From: Piromyces finnis finn
Taxonomy: Eukaryota > Fungi > Neocallimastigomycota
Assembly (NCBI GenBank): GCA_002104945.1
Contig: MCFH01000008.1
Span: forward strand, 1 to 64,000
Direction of reading: 5' to 3'
Length of the DNA stretch: 64,000 bases
Within the stretch, counting starts at the first letter, position 1. Each line of letters begins with the position of its first letter. Positions 9,208-22,900 of this stretch are shown here, in pieces. The notes under the pieces are model-generated. The model was not told where the DNA came from, ran no database searches, and worked only from the letters and a program-made list of their open reading frames with translations. Position numbers and translations under genes: made by a program.

Positions 9208-12142
9208 CAATAGCTTTATTAATATCTTTTTCAGTACTATTTTGATTAATATTATTATCCTTTTTAAAATATTTATTATTAATTGATTCATTAATAGTTT
9301 TGGCTTCTTCTTTATTAGCTGCTGAATCATTAGGTATACACTTTTCTTTATTGACGCTTTTTTTACTTTTTCGGATTTCCTTTTCATCAATTTGAGTGGT
9401 GGTAGTAGTGGTGGTAGTGGTCATTATTGTGGTATTCATGGTTGTAGTGGTTTTTATTTTAACAATATTAGAAGAGGAGGTTATCTTATCTACAATGTGT
9501 TCCCTTTCTGTATTGGTGGATTGAATATTACTATTTGTAAAAGGTTCAAAAGCAATTTCTGAAGGTGTATTTGATATTTTATCGAAAGAAGAATTAGGAA
9601 TATGGTTTTCTTTAGAGTGATTTAAATGTTGATGCGTATTATTTTTATTGTTGATCAATTTTTCAGATTCTACTTGGATATCCATCCTATCATCTTTTGT
9701 TTTTTCTTTGCTTTCTTCATAATCTTTATCCTTTTTCATTTGATCTATATCAACTTTTTCATTAATATCATTCTTGTCTAGTTGATTTGAATTTGTTTTC
9801 TTAAAATCTTTATTATTACTATTTTTATCTGTTTTTTCTTTTTCATTTGCATCCTTCTCGCTATTTCTGTCCAAATCTATTCTTTCGTTTGCATCACTTT
9901 CGCTATTTCTGTCCAACTTTACTTTTTTATTGACATCCTTTTCGTTATTTCTTTCCAAGTCTATTTTTTCATTTGCATCCTTCTCGTTATTCCTTTCCAA
10001 GCCTATTCTTTCATTTGCATCACTTTCGCTATTTCTGTCCAAGTCTATTTTTTCCTTTATATCCTTCTTATTAGGTTGATCTATTGTTACCTTTTTATTT
10101 ATAGCACATTCGTTTTGGCATTCACTAGAATTATTTATAATTTCAATTTTAGATTCAATTTTGCTTGATGATAAATTTACCAGAGAGGAATCCGTATTAT
10201 TTTTATTTTTTAAAATTTGGGTATTTATTGACGCTTCCATAATTGAAGCGTCTAATACGGTTTTATTATTTTTTTGCTGTTGTTGTTGTATTGAACCTTC
10301 AAATTTAGTTGGCGTTTCGGTTGGATTTTTAACTTGATATTTAAAATCAATATCCATACTTTTGTTGAATGATTTGGTATCGGATGATTCAATAAAACTA
10401 CTGGATCGATTTTTACTAAAAGAATAATGTTTTTCATTTCTATTTAAAAAAGTTTTACTCTTGTGGTCATGATAAAGTGGTATATTTATTAAATTTTTAT
10501 TTTTTAATGGTAAAAGTTCATTCTTTTCTCTAATAATATTAATAAAATTGGTTAATTCTTTATTCTTATCATGACCTTCTTTACTTGTCTTTTTATAGAG
10601 AGCAGAAAATGGTGTAATAATTTTTTCTGGAAGGGTAACAACTGTTTGTGTTTCTACCGATATCATTTCTGGTGGGGAATCCTTATTTAAAGTAATGCCA
10701 TGTTGAACTGATTCAGTTTGAATGCTTCTATCTGTTTTAATGATATTTCTTTTATTGAAAAATTCTTTCAAAATAGTAGATTTTATAGTTTTAAAAATTT
10801 CTAAAGTGGTATCAGGAATATCAACTTGACCTTTTAAATCCATATCTAGTTTTTGATGATGTATTTCTTTTCCATCTGAAAGGTTTAGTTCCTTTTTCAC
10901 ATTTTCTAATTTTAATTCAGGTTCAAATTTATGAATAAGAAATATTAGTTCATCAGCATATTGCGCATTTTTAATTTGAAGTGCTGACATCCCTTTTTTA
11001 TATTTATTAAGCTTCGTTTCTAAGTCTTCTATTTTTTCATTATTGGTCTGTCGTATTAATTGTGCCGCCTTTAACTCACTTTGAAGCTTTGCATTTTTTG
11101 CTTTGAGTTTATTTATTTGGATTTGTTGATGTTCATGGTCGTTCATGAATTGTTCCTGATTATTCATGGTATTTGCGTCATACTGACCTTTCCCCTTTTC
11201 TATAATATTATTGGAAATGGTTGAATTTTCATGAACATTAATATTATTTTGACTATGCTCCTTAAATTTCTGAATAATATCATCTCGTTTTTCTGGAATA
11301 TTTAATTCTTTAGTTATTTCGGTGATTTCATCTATTTTCATATTATATATTTGTTTGTATTTTTGTGAAATGACTTGACATTCATTTTTATACTTTGAAA
11401 TTTCTTCTTCATAAAAAGCTTTACTATTCGCAAGCTGCAGTTGATAAACTCGAATTTCTTCTTTTAATTTTTCAATTTTATTATAATTTTTGGTATTAAC
11501 TGTATCCAGTTCTTTTATAACTGCTTTTAAATCATCCTGACTAACATTTTGCTTTAAAAGTTGACTATATTGTTGACTATGCCTATAATTACTGTTATCT
11601 TCTAGTTCATTTAAAGAATTACTATTTTCTCTGCTCAATTCTTTTATTTTTTCAAGAGCATTTTGATATAAATTTTCAATTTTTATTTTTTCATTTAATA
11701 ATTGATTTCCAATTTCAGCTGCTAATTTCAAATCTAAAAAAAAAAAAAAAAAAAAAAAAATAATAATAAATAAAAATAAAATAAATAAATATTCAAAAAA
11801 AAAAAAAAAAAAAAAAGTTAATCATAGAATGAAATAAATGTACCATATTTATTATTCATTTGTTTGACTTTTGTGAACATATATATATATATATAAAATA
11901 ATATTTTTTTTTCCCCTTTTCAATAAAATACTATTTCAAATTGACATAAAATAATGTTTAAACATACTTTCTGAACATTCATTTAATTCCTTATAGGCTT
12001 CCTTTAATCTTATTTTAGCTTCTCTTTCTGAGAGTTCATTTATAAGTGGCGTTGAAAATGGTGAATCTTTTTTTGCTATAGAAACTTTATTGGAAGGTGT
12101 TTTAATTTTTTCATTATTTTTTGATTGATTATTTCTATTCAT
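8681..12142 (-). CDS. Two-exon coiled-coil/low-complexity protein (HAP1_N/BICD-like start)
   Basis: Exon 12142-11968 (donor GTATGT) joins exon 11733-8681 (acceptor TAG) to read ...SENLKLAAEIGNQLL, an LAAEIG.LL coiled-coil motif. The C-terminal part is N/K/T-rich. Confidence 0.75.
9838..10052 (-). repeat. Coding 42-bp (14-aa) tandem repeat, about 5 copies
   Basis: KIDLDRNSESDANE / RIGLERNNEKDANE / KIDLERNNEKDVNK / KVKLDRNSESDANE / RIDLDRNSEKDANE. Confidence 0.85.
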
Positions 12143-14190
12143 TATTACTTTAATTTATTATATTGTATTAAACCATATGAATAAGAATAGATATTGCTTT
12201 ATGCTATTGAATATATTCCTTTTATTATTATATATTTAAAAATTAAAAACCTTTCCAATAAATTCAAAAAAAAAAACTATGCTTCAATTTCAATTGAACT
12301 TGAATAATTAATAATTGTCTTTGTTTTGCAATTAATCTATTTCTATGCAAAGGTACATAAATATATTATATTTTCAATAAATATGTAACATATCACGTGG
12401 ATGCATATGTTTGATGAAAATTGAATTAAAGAAATAATAAAAATAAAGTTTTTATAGCAAAATAATATTTATACATTTAAAACCCTTTTCATTTTGTTGT
12501 AAATGTATAAATATTATTTTATATCTTTTATAAAAACTAAGACTTTACTATAGTTTAGTCTTCCTTATAATTTATGAGAGAGAATCTATAGTTTGGCTAT
12601 GATTCATCATATTTATTAAAGTATTTATATATGGAGGAGATAAGATTTTGTTAGTTTTAATAACTCAACCCTTTTCAATAATACTCAAAGTTAAAATATT
12701 AAAAAAAGAAAACTTTTTTTATATAATGAATGGTGTTTTTTAACTATTATTAGTTTGTTTCTTGCTATTTAATTTATAAAATTAAGCAAGTTAAAATATT
12801 TTTTTTTTTTTGTTAATTTTATTGTTGATAAGCACTCAATACTTTCCAATAATTTTAAAATATAAGATTGGAAGAGAGGAAAAAAAAAAGTACAAGTTAA
12901 TTATTTAGTAGTTTTATTAATATTACTATTATTAGTTACTCTATATTTTTTAATAATTTAAATATAAAAAAAAATATTATAAAAAGTATAGATTACTGTC
13001 ATTAAACAGTTTATTTAATCTTATTTTGTTGAATGAATAAACACAAATATATTTGAATTATTATTTTTTTTTAACAATATTTCTTTTTCTTAATTTACAT
13101 ATTTGGTTGTATTGTTAACTTTACCAAGAAAAAAAAAAAAAAAAAAAGAAAAATAACAATTTTTTTTAATTAAATAACGGAAATGAAATATCTAGGTTTT
13201 ATGGAATATACATTAATATAATAGACAATAGCAAAAATAAAGCTATTTTATTTTATTTTTTTTAAAAGTTGAATCATATTTCTAAAAAAAGTAGAATGAC
13301 TTTTACAATATATTTTCAATATAAAAGATATTTGATAAAATATTTAATTCATTAATTTTAATATGAATAGGTAATTTTTAATAATAATAAAAATGATATA
13401 CCACCCTTTCCCACAGCAACAATTTATTAATAATAAAAATGATGTATTACTCTTTCCTACAACCACAACAATCCAATAAATATTATCATTAATAAAGTGT
13501 AGAGATATTTATACATAGCATATCCTCACACATTCAACAACAAGGATTAATGTATTATGGACAACTGTTATTAATTAATAAATGTAATTAAAGCTATTTG
13601 ATGATTGGATATTTTTTAAAATTGTATTAATACATTACAATAGTATCATTTTATTAAAATTGCTTTAAAATATTTTTTTGTTATGCTTTACTACTGCTAA
13701 TATTGTATGTGCGTGTCATTGTAATATTAGAAGAAAAAAAAAAAGTATTATTTTACTTTTTTTATTTTGGATATTTGCTTTGATGTTGATTAGAAAGTTT
13801 CCAATTGTATATATAAAGTAAATTGAAATAGAAAATATTTTCTGTTTATTATCCTATTTAATTATTTTTAATTTTGATGGTTTTTACATTAAGTGTATAA
13901 TAATATTATTATTATCTTCAATTTACCAAATTATGCATTCATGAAAAATAGTATTATTTTAATAAAACGTTTCACTTTCAACCATTTAATATAGAAAAAG
14001 AGAGAGAGAGAGAGAGAGAAAAAAAAAAGAAAATTAATTTAATACAAATATAAAAGTTGTTATTAAACTTGTTACATGGAATAATAACGAATTTACAAAG
14101 AATTTATTTTTTATCAATCAATCAATAAATTAAAAAATAAATAAAAAAGGGCATATAATTATATATACATTAAAAAAAAAAAAAAATACA

Positions 14191-15573
14191 ATGTTAGATA
14201 TTATGGAAACAAAACAATCTCATGTTGGAAATTCAATAATGGAAATAGAAATATCATCAAATAGTTCACACATATTTTCAGATTCTTCTTTGACTGAACA
14301 TTTTTTCAGTGATTCCTCACTTTCAGAATACTCATTTTCAGAATTATCAGAAATAGATCAGGATTTACTCGAAAAACCAAAATCAGTGTCAACCAATTTT
14401 TCAGTGAAAGAATCAACTGAATCTCCAACAATTCTTTTATCAGTTGAAACTACAGATTCCGAATTCAAACATTCAACCTCGAATCCCCAAAAAATTCCAT
14501 TGGAATCATATACTGAACAATTAACAAATGAACAGCAGTATAACACAAATTCAAACCATTTAAAATCAACAAAAAACTCTTTAACGAAAGAACAGCTAGA
14601 TAAATTAAAATTCATAGAATCAACCATTCAACCATCCTCTAGAAATCCTTTAAAACATGCTAGACAGGAATTACCAAAACAATCACTACCAACTCAAATT
14701 CAAGATTTATCTCTACAAAATAAATCAAAAAGAATGTCATTAGAATCCTCAGAAGTTGAAATTATTTCCATATCAGGAAAATCAAATATACCCAAGTCAG
14801 ATGTTGTGAAATCATCTCAACTAAAACCTAAATCAGTTGACCCCACTTTTTCAATACAAAACGTAACCAATATTTTATCCACTAGTCCTATTCCTTTACT
14901 AAGCTTATATGGAAGAAATGCGAAAGTACTCAATCCAATGATGAATAATACTTCTTACCCATTTGTAAATACTAAGAATTTTTATGTTTCAGGAGTAAGC
15001 GTTACCAATACATCAATAGCCAATTGTAATGATAATATGATTAATACCATTCCACAAACTATGATAGATCTAAACAAAAGTGCAGATTGTATGAATGATT
15101 CAAGCATCCTGACAGGTCAGACAGATGATGATAAGGATAATAATAATCATGGTAGCTTTAATAAAGGAAAAAATAATGTAGGGAATTATAATATAGGTAA
15201 TAATAATACTGGTAACAACAATATTGGTAATAATAATGTTGGAAATAATAATATTGGCGATAATAATGCAGGTGACAATAATAAAGGTTCAAATAATAAT
15301 GGAAATAATAATTTTGGTCATAGTAATGATGGAAACTACAATACTGGAAGTAATAATATCGGTAACAATAATTTTGGTAATCGTAATAAAGGAAATGGAA
15401 ATAGTGGCAATAGTAATTTTGGTAACAATAACATTGGTGATATTAATATTGGTGATTGTAATCAAGGCAATGGTAATATTGGAAGTTATAATCATGGAAA
15501 TGGCAATACTGGAAACAACAATGATGGAAATAATAATTTAGGGGATAATCATAGAGGAAACTTAAATATATGA
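14191..15573 (+). CDS. Ser-rich protein with C-terminal GxxNx pentapeptide repeats
   Basis: Intronless 460-aa ORF. The last ~135 aa keep a strict 5-residue period (GNNNV GNNNI GDNNA...). Confidence 0.8.
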   Translation: MLDIMETKQSHVGNSIMEIEISSNSSHIFSDSSLTEHFFSDSSLSEYSFSELSEIDQDLLEKPKSVSTNFSVKESTESPTILLSVETTDSEFKHSTSNPQKIPLESYTEQLTNEQQYNTNSNHLKSTKNSLTKEQLDKLKFIESTIQPSSRNPLKHARQELPKQSLPTQIQDLSLQNKSKRMSLESSEVEIISISGKSNIPKSDVVKSSQLKPKSVDPTFSIQNVTNILSTSPIPLLSLYGRNAKVLNPMMNNTSYPFVNTKNFYVSGVSVTNTSIANCNDNMINTIPQTMIDLNKSADCMNDSSILTGQTDDDKDNNNHGSFNKGKNNVGNYNIGNNNTGNNNIGNNNVGNNNIGDNNAGDNNKGSNNNGNNNFGHSNDGNYNTGSNNIGNNNFGNRNKGNGNSGNSNFGNNNIGDINIGDCNQGNGNIGSYNHGNGNTGNNNDGNNNLGDNHRGNLNI

Positions 15574-16962
15574 AATCACTAAAGTAGTTTAGTGATTTAA
15601 ATATTCTCCGATAAAGTATAGTAAATGTAAATATTTAAATACTATCACTACCGTAAAAATAATTGTAGTAATAATAATAATAATGATGATTTTATAATAG
15701 ATGATAGAATACGACATTATTATTTTAATTAAAAAAATAGAATAGTTTTTTTAATATTTTTTTTTTTTTTTTAGAAATATCCTATAATGATAACATTAAT
15801 TTCAATAAGGTTTATTATTGTTATATTATATATATTAAAATATATTATCCCAATTTTTTTTTTTTACCTTTATTATTCTCGCTTTTTTTTTTTTTTTTTT
15901 TTTTTTTATCATTGTAAACTTAAACATATTATTTAAGAATTCATAATAACAATAGAATTACCTTGAAGAATAGAATAGAAATTTATAATAGAATACATAT
16001 ATAATAAATCTGATTTTCAATGTAATGTAAAATAGAAACATTGATTATTAGATATTCAATATTTAATTGAATTATAAAGCAAATATAATCAAAATATTTT
16101 GTTAAAAAAAAAAAAAAGAACTATTTTTTTTTTTCATTGTTTATATATATAAAGAGTAATTTGAATAAATAAATCTCATCTTTATCATTTGATTTCTGAT
16201 CTTTTATAAGCAAATACAAAATAGGATAGAGATTTCTTTATTTTTGTATTAGTAAATATATTTATTCTTTTTTTTTTTTTTGTATTTTTTTAAAAAAAAA
16301 TAGTAATCTATTAGTAGTTGTTAAAATTAAAATACTCATAAATAATATTTTACATAAATATAATTTATGTAAAATATTTATGTTATCATTAGTTATGCAT
16401 AATATACTTTTATAAATAAATAATGATAATAATAATAATAATAAAAAAAATACCATCCACTACCTTTTCTTTTTCTTTTTTTTTTTTTTTTTAAACCTTT
16501 CAAGATGAATATATATTCATAATTAATAGTATAAGATTAAATAGATCCACTTTATAAAATTGTAGTTTTTTTTTTAATAATAAAAAGTAAAATATAAAAT
16601 TATATTATTATTTTGCCATATTAATAATTATTATAGTGAATATAAATACATTTACAAGTAAATGGTTGATTAATCTTTATATTAATTTTATTAATTGGTA
16701 TTTTTAATTTTTTAAACAGAACATTATAGAAAAAAAAAATTTTTTTTAAAACAAAAAGAAATATTGACAGAAAGTTAAAAACATATTATAAAAAAAAAAA
16801 AAGCATAAAGAAATTAATATACTACAAATAATTATATATATATAGGCTGTATGATAAATAATGATAATATATACATATATTTGACATTTTTATTTACAGT
16901 AGTTTAAATTTTATTCACCAAGTATATATATATTATTGCCTCTATTTATACAAATAATTTAT

Positions 16963-18408
16963 TTATATGTATGGTGAAAATGTGTATAATTTACTAACGA
17001 AATGTTTATAGTCGTAATCATCACAAACACAATAGCTACCTAAATCATTGTTTTGGAGATCAGTATTTTTATTTCTGATCACAAATTCACGGTCACTTTT
17101 GTAACCGTCAGAAGCAAGGTCTGAAAATTGAACAACAAGACGAACACTATAAGCTACAGCTTTACAAGCAAATAAAGTTTTTGGTCTTGGAATAACCGAA
17201 TAACCTTTATTACATAAAGTGTACATATTATCTTGAAAAGCTTTATCGCATTCATTTTTATTTGGATTACAATGATAGCAGGAGTCATGACCGTTACATG
17301 CAGGTGTAAAAAAGTAAACAAAATCATCAAGTAATTTATAATGAGCGGAACAACCGTCAACTCTACCACCAGTTTTACGGATAAAAATACTACCATCATT
17401 ACTATTGTAAACCGGTAAATCTTTATCATTATTAATAAAGTGATCAACAGTAATGTAAGAATCCTTAACCTTACAATCATACTTATTTCTCTTACTTAAA
17501 CCATTATTATAACTATTAGATATTTCTTCTAATTCTCGAGTTTCTTCTTTAATTAATTTAACAGATTCATCAATTTTGGCATTGTTGTAAATTTCCTTAA
17601 ATTCATCGATGAGTAAACATTGATTAATACAAATATTGTAATAGTAATCATTGTCAATCGTTCCTTGGCCTGACTCATGTAATACCTTGTTATACGTTTC
17701 TAAGTTGAAATTATTTTTTGGATCATTTATAATAGTTTTAAATTGAATATTAGCATCGGTACATTTAGCCCTACATTGTTCACTACTAACATATTGTAAA
17801 TCAATTCCATCTAAAGTTTCGGTGAAATTCATAGCATTTTCAAAACCAACTAAAGCAAATTCACTAAAAGATTTGAATTCAGCAGCTTCAGCCGGATCAG
17901 GTAGGACAAGCTTCATAGCTTTATTAACTTTTTCTTTGGTATCATTGTAAGTATTTGCAAGTTTGAGATTACCTTCTTTTCCTTCATAAATGTTATTTCT
18001 TTTGGTTATGATGGTGGTACCATGGATGAAACATTCACCATATTGATTTTGACAACCAATACTACAATATTCGCTACCAGTACCGCAATAACCATTACTG
18101 TTACAACATTCACCAGAAGGACATCTACCAAAATCCTCACCACACCTTCCATCCATACTAATAAAATCATAATAATGAGAATAGTTTAATTGTGCCTTTA
18201 AACAAATAGAGGAACCTTTTATTAAATTATTGCAATCGATGCCGGGATTTAAGATTTTTAATTTAGTTAAAGAAATTTCATTTTGAGAAGAAATACTATA
18301 ACAATAGTCATCTTTTTGAATAGTGTAATAATGTTCACAAACTATACTAGATGCAATGGTAACTGGAATTAAAGAGAATAAGAATTGTATAATTTTGAGA
18401 TTTTTCAT
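16963..18408 (-). CDS. Secreted LysM + CBM18 + phospholipase A2-like precursor
   Basis: Signal peptide; LysM (YTIQKDDYCYSIS...LNPGIDCNNL); CBM18 (GRCG..FGRCPSGECCNSNGYCG...C); C-terminal DGCS...FTPACNGHDSCY...CDKAFQDNM..LC, typical of fungal/prokaryotic sPLA2. Confidence 0.8.
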   Translation of the reverse strand: MKNLKIIQFLFSLIPVTIASSIVCEHYYTIQKDDYCYSISSQNEISLTKLKILNPGIDCNNLIKGSSICLKAQLNYSHYYDFISMDGRCGEDFGRCPSGECCNSNGYCGTGSEYCSIGCQNQYGECFIHGTTIITKRNNIYEGKEGNLKLANTYNDTKEKVNKAMKLVLPDPAEAAEFKSFSEFALVGFENAMNFTETLDGIDLQYVSSEQCRAKCTDANIQFKTIINDPKNNFNLETYNKVLHESGQGTIDNDYYYNICINQCLLIDEFKEIYNNAKIDESVKLIKEETRELEEISNSYNNGLSKRNKYDCKVKDSYITVDHFINNDKDLPVYNSNDGSIFIRKTGGRVDGCSAHYKLLDDFVYFFTPACNGHDSCYHCNPNKNECDKAFQDNMYTLCNKGYSVIPRPKTLFACKAVAYSVRLVVQFSDLASDGYKSDREFVIRNKNTDLQNNDLGSYCVCDDYDYKHFVSKLYTFSPYI

Positions 18409-18844
18409 GTTTATTTTTTTATAATTGAAATTTAAAAAAAAAAAAAGATAGTAACATTTAATTCAAGAGATGTATTGTATTATCCTATAAAAAATATATA
18501 AAATATAAAATTGACGTATTATTTACTATTATTATTTTCTTTATTTCCTTTTCCTTTTTTATTTTTTAACCAAAAAACTACCAAATGATTGTTAAAGAGA
18601 AAGTAAAAAAAAAAAGTGCCGTTTTTTTTTTTTAATTTTTAATTTTTATATGAATGAACCGCTTTTTTTTTATTAATTAATTTGAGCCTCTTTTTTAATT
18701 TAAATTTTATTTCCTATTTTTGATGTTCTTTTTTATTTTTATTAATTAAAATTTTATGAATTTTCATTGGCTATTTTTTAATTAAAAACTAATTAAAAAT
18801 TTAAAAAAAAAAAAAGTCAAAAAAGGTTGGAAAAGAAAGAAAAG

Positions 18845-18877
<33 letters not shown>

Positions 18878-19092
18878 TGTTTGTAATACTTGATATGTAT
18901 ATTCTTATAGCATATAACTTATAGCATATTCTTATTGCATATTCTTATTGCATAATGTTGTAGGTAGAAGGAAAAAAAAAACATTTAAATGATTTTAATA
19001 GTAAAGTGAATTTTGATTTATTTACTTTTTTTTTTTTACCAAAAAAGGAAATAAAAAAACAAGAAATAATAATAATGTTGACCATGAGGTTA

Positions 19093-19127
<35 letters not shown>

Positions 19128-19128
19128 A

Positions 19129-19176
<48 letters not shown>

Positions 19177-19939
19177 ATACATCTTTTGGGTCTTTGAAAT
19201 AATATTTATAAGTTTGATATTTTTAAAAAGCCATTGAAGTAATTAAAAATGTACTTTAGCTATTGCTACTATAGAGGCTTTTGCATCTTTCTATGTAATA
19301 TTTATTATATTTCACCTATTAGAAATGCATTAATACAAATAATTATTAAATTATTATTATTATCATTTTATTTTATTACTATTATTATTTTATTATGGTT
19401 ATTGCTTTATTATTGTTATTATACTTTTTTTTTTAATATTACAATAGGATAATAGATAGAAAAGACGTAAATCGACTTAATATTGAATAAAAAATATAAA
19501 AAAATAAATCAATAATAAAAGTAAAAAAAAAAACTTCATTATATACTTTTATTTTCAATTTATGCTTTATATTATTATTTTTTAAAATAAATAGAAAGAA
19601 AAAATATTTTTTTTTTTTTTTTTTTTTTTTCGCTCTTATAAAAACTGATATGGATTATTGTGATATAAAAAATATACAATCAACTATTTGACTTATATCT
19701 TTTTTTTTCTCCTCGTATAATACGCATAATACTAATTAAAAAATATTTTTATCTTGTGAAAATCGCTTTTTGGTTTAAATAAGAATTTAAATAGTAAATT
19801 ATCATAATAAATTGATGAATTTTAATTTTGTTAATAAATATTGCTATTTTTTTTTCTTTTCTTTTATATATATAAATATTTATATATATATTTTACTTAA
19901 TAATTATCTTTTAATTTATTCGATTATGATGATAGGTTA

Positions 19940-22900
19940 TCAATTTTTTTTTTTATTTTCCAAGGAAAATAAATTCAAGTATACTTGTAAATTATGTTGT
20001 TGCTGTGAATGAAGTTCATTTTGTATTCTTATCTGGTCTTGTTGTTGAAGATAGAGTTGTTTCTTTATTTTTTCAAGTTGTTCATAGGATTGACGATGTT
20101 CATTGATTTGCTTAAGTAAATCTTGATATTGACAATAATGATTAAAGGAAAGGGAAATGCGTTGTGAGAGTTGTTGATATTGAAGTTTTTGATTCATTTG
20201 TTTGCTATATTCCTGGAATTGCATTTCTGTCATTTTATTATATGCCGACAATTTTGGTTCATTTGAATATAATGAAGAATTTATCAAATTCTGAATTTGA
20301 TTGTTTTCATCATTTTGTAAGTATTGTTTTTCAAAATATTCATTCCTATTGATATCATTTTCATTTTCTTTTTCTTTCTCTTTCCGGTTTTTTCTAACAT
20401 CTTTAAACGTATTAACGTCCATTATTTCCGATGCTTTTCTTTTCTTTTGCCTATTTTTAACAGCTTTTTCTGAAAATGGTTCACTACTAACAGCAATACA
20501 ACTATTATTAATTTGACGATTTGATTGTACATATTGTATATTCTTTGCGTTTATACCATCTAAATTTAAATTTATTATTTAGAGAAAAAAAATTAGCATC
20601 ATTATAAATATAATTAACTATATTAATAATTTATTAAAATCATTTAAATTTTAATGTAGAACAAAAAAGAATTTTTTTTAGACATATTTAATATACCATT
20701 ATTTTTAGGGAAATCTGGTGTGCTAGTACTAGGATAGAAACTATTATTTGTTCTATTTTCTTTCTCAAGAATTGGATCAATTTGAATTTTTTCTAGTTTT
20801 AGGTTCAATTTACTTTCTTCCATTTTGTCCGTGTTACTATTTTGATGGATTTCTACTTTATCAGGTGTATTTAAATATAAATAAGGCTCTATAATTTTAT
20901 TGAGAGTACTAGAAGAATCACTTGTCATAAGTGAATTATTTTCATTATAACTATTTTGTTCCGTGGTATCTTTGATAGAAGGTATTATGATATTGGATGC
21001 TTTAATTCCTACATTCTTTTGAATATTATTTTTGGGTTGAGGTTCTTTCATTGTATTAGTAATATCTGTGAAGGGTTGATAATATTTATTTTTTTGGATT
21101 CCTTTTTTCTCTTTATTATTTTCCATAGTAGTATTTACCTTTATTAAGTTATTTTCATTAATACTATTGCTTTTCTTTCTTTTTAAAGTATTATTACTGA
21201 TACTACTTTCCTTTCTTCTTACAATACTTTTATTGATAATGTTATCATTCCTTCCAACAATATTATTACTCTCCTTTCTTCTTACAATACTTTTATTGAT
21301 AATGTTATCATTCCTTCCAACAATGTTATTACTGATGCTACTCCTCTTTCTTCTTACAATACTGTTATTGATACTATAATCGTTATTTCTAACAATGCTG
21401 TTGCTAATACTACTCTCTTTTTTTCTTAAGATTTTAGTACTAATATTACTTATTTCTCTTTTTAAACCCCTACTACTGATTTTACTTTCCTTTCTTTTTA
21501 AATTTCTTTTCGTGGTATTACTAGGAGACTTTGAAATAATAGTTGTAATAACGATATCTGTCATGGTATCATCTGTAGATTCTATACTTTTTTCCTTTTT
21601 TAATGTTGGTTTTGTCTTATTTTTTTTCTTTTCCATTTTAGAGGTTTTTTTTGATCCTTTGATATGGAAAATATTTTTAAAGAAATTTTTAGAGCGCTTA
21701 TTTGGACTAGAATATTCTTCGGAGGCTAGTATTGATGTAGTATCTGTTAATAGTATATCAGATTGTATATCCTTATCATCAATAATAATCATATTCTTTT
21801 TATATTTCGTATTCATTTTACGAAGGAAAGCTTTTTCCTTCGAGGTCATATCATTTATAGAAATATTACTATTTTCTTGATTTAATGATTGAATTTGTGA
21901 AATATTCATATCTGAGACAATATCATCTTGTTCTGAAGATGTCATTATAGAAAAAGATGTATCATTATTTTGGTTAGATGAAATATTATAATCTGACGGT
22001 CTTTTATTATTGTAGGTATTGCGAGTAATATGATACGATCTTGGTATACTATTATTGTTCCTGTTAAAACTTATATTATTATTATAAACCGTTGATAAAG
22101 GTAAGGGGGAATTGGTATTAGTAGAATTTATGAGTATGGTACTAATATTTGATTCGTTAGATGAAGAAGCTTTTCGATGTTTTAAAGTGGAAGAAGTATT
22201 ATATTCAGAAGAGGAGGATGGGGAAGATAAATTTTGAATTGGAATAGACGATTTTTCTTTGGAAATAGTTTTTCTCGGTAAGGAATTATTCCGGTAATAA
22301 AGTCTTTTTTCTTCATTATTATAAGTAGGAAGCGTATTTTTATGTATTGATTTATTTCTTTCTAATTTTGCATTATTAATAGAATTAGAACGTTGAATAA
22401 CTTTTAATGATTTAGTTAATGGTTGTCTATTTTGCTTATTATTCAAATAAACAGAATAAGAAAAAGATTTATTCCCAATATCTAATAAAATTTGAAAGGA
22501 TACATATATTATATTTTATTTTTTTAAAAAAAAAAAATAATAAAATTTTATTAAATTTGTTTTCGAATAATTTAATTCATTTTATTACTACTACTACTAC
22601 TACTACTACTATTATTATTATTATTAATAAAGTACTGATGTTATATTTATATATTTCAATCTATTATATTTCCAATTTTTTTATCTTTTTTTTTTTTATT
22701 TAAATTTTTTATAATATTCTACCTTCTCTACTTTTTGATGGATGAATATAATAAGAATTATTATACTTTTCATCAAAACAAGATTCATTATCCTTTGAAT
22801 TTTCATCTTCCATATCTTCATATAATACCCGATTATTGTAATCTTCTTCTTCTTTTTTAAATTCATTTATTTCATTATCGCAATAACTTACATTGGTAAC

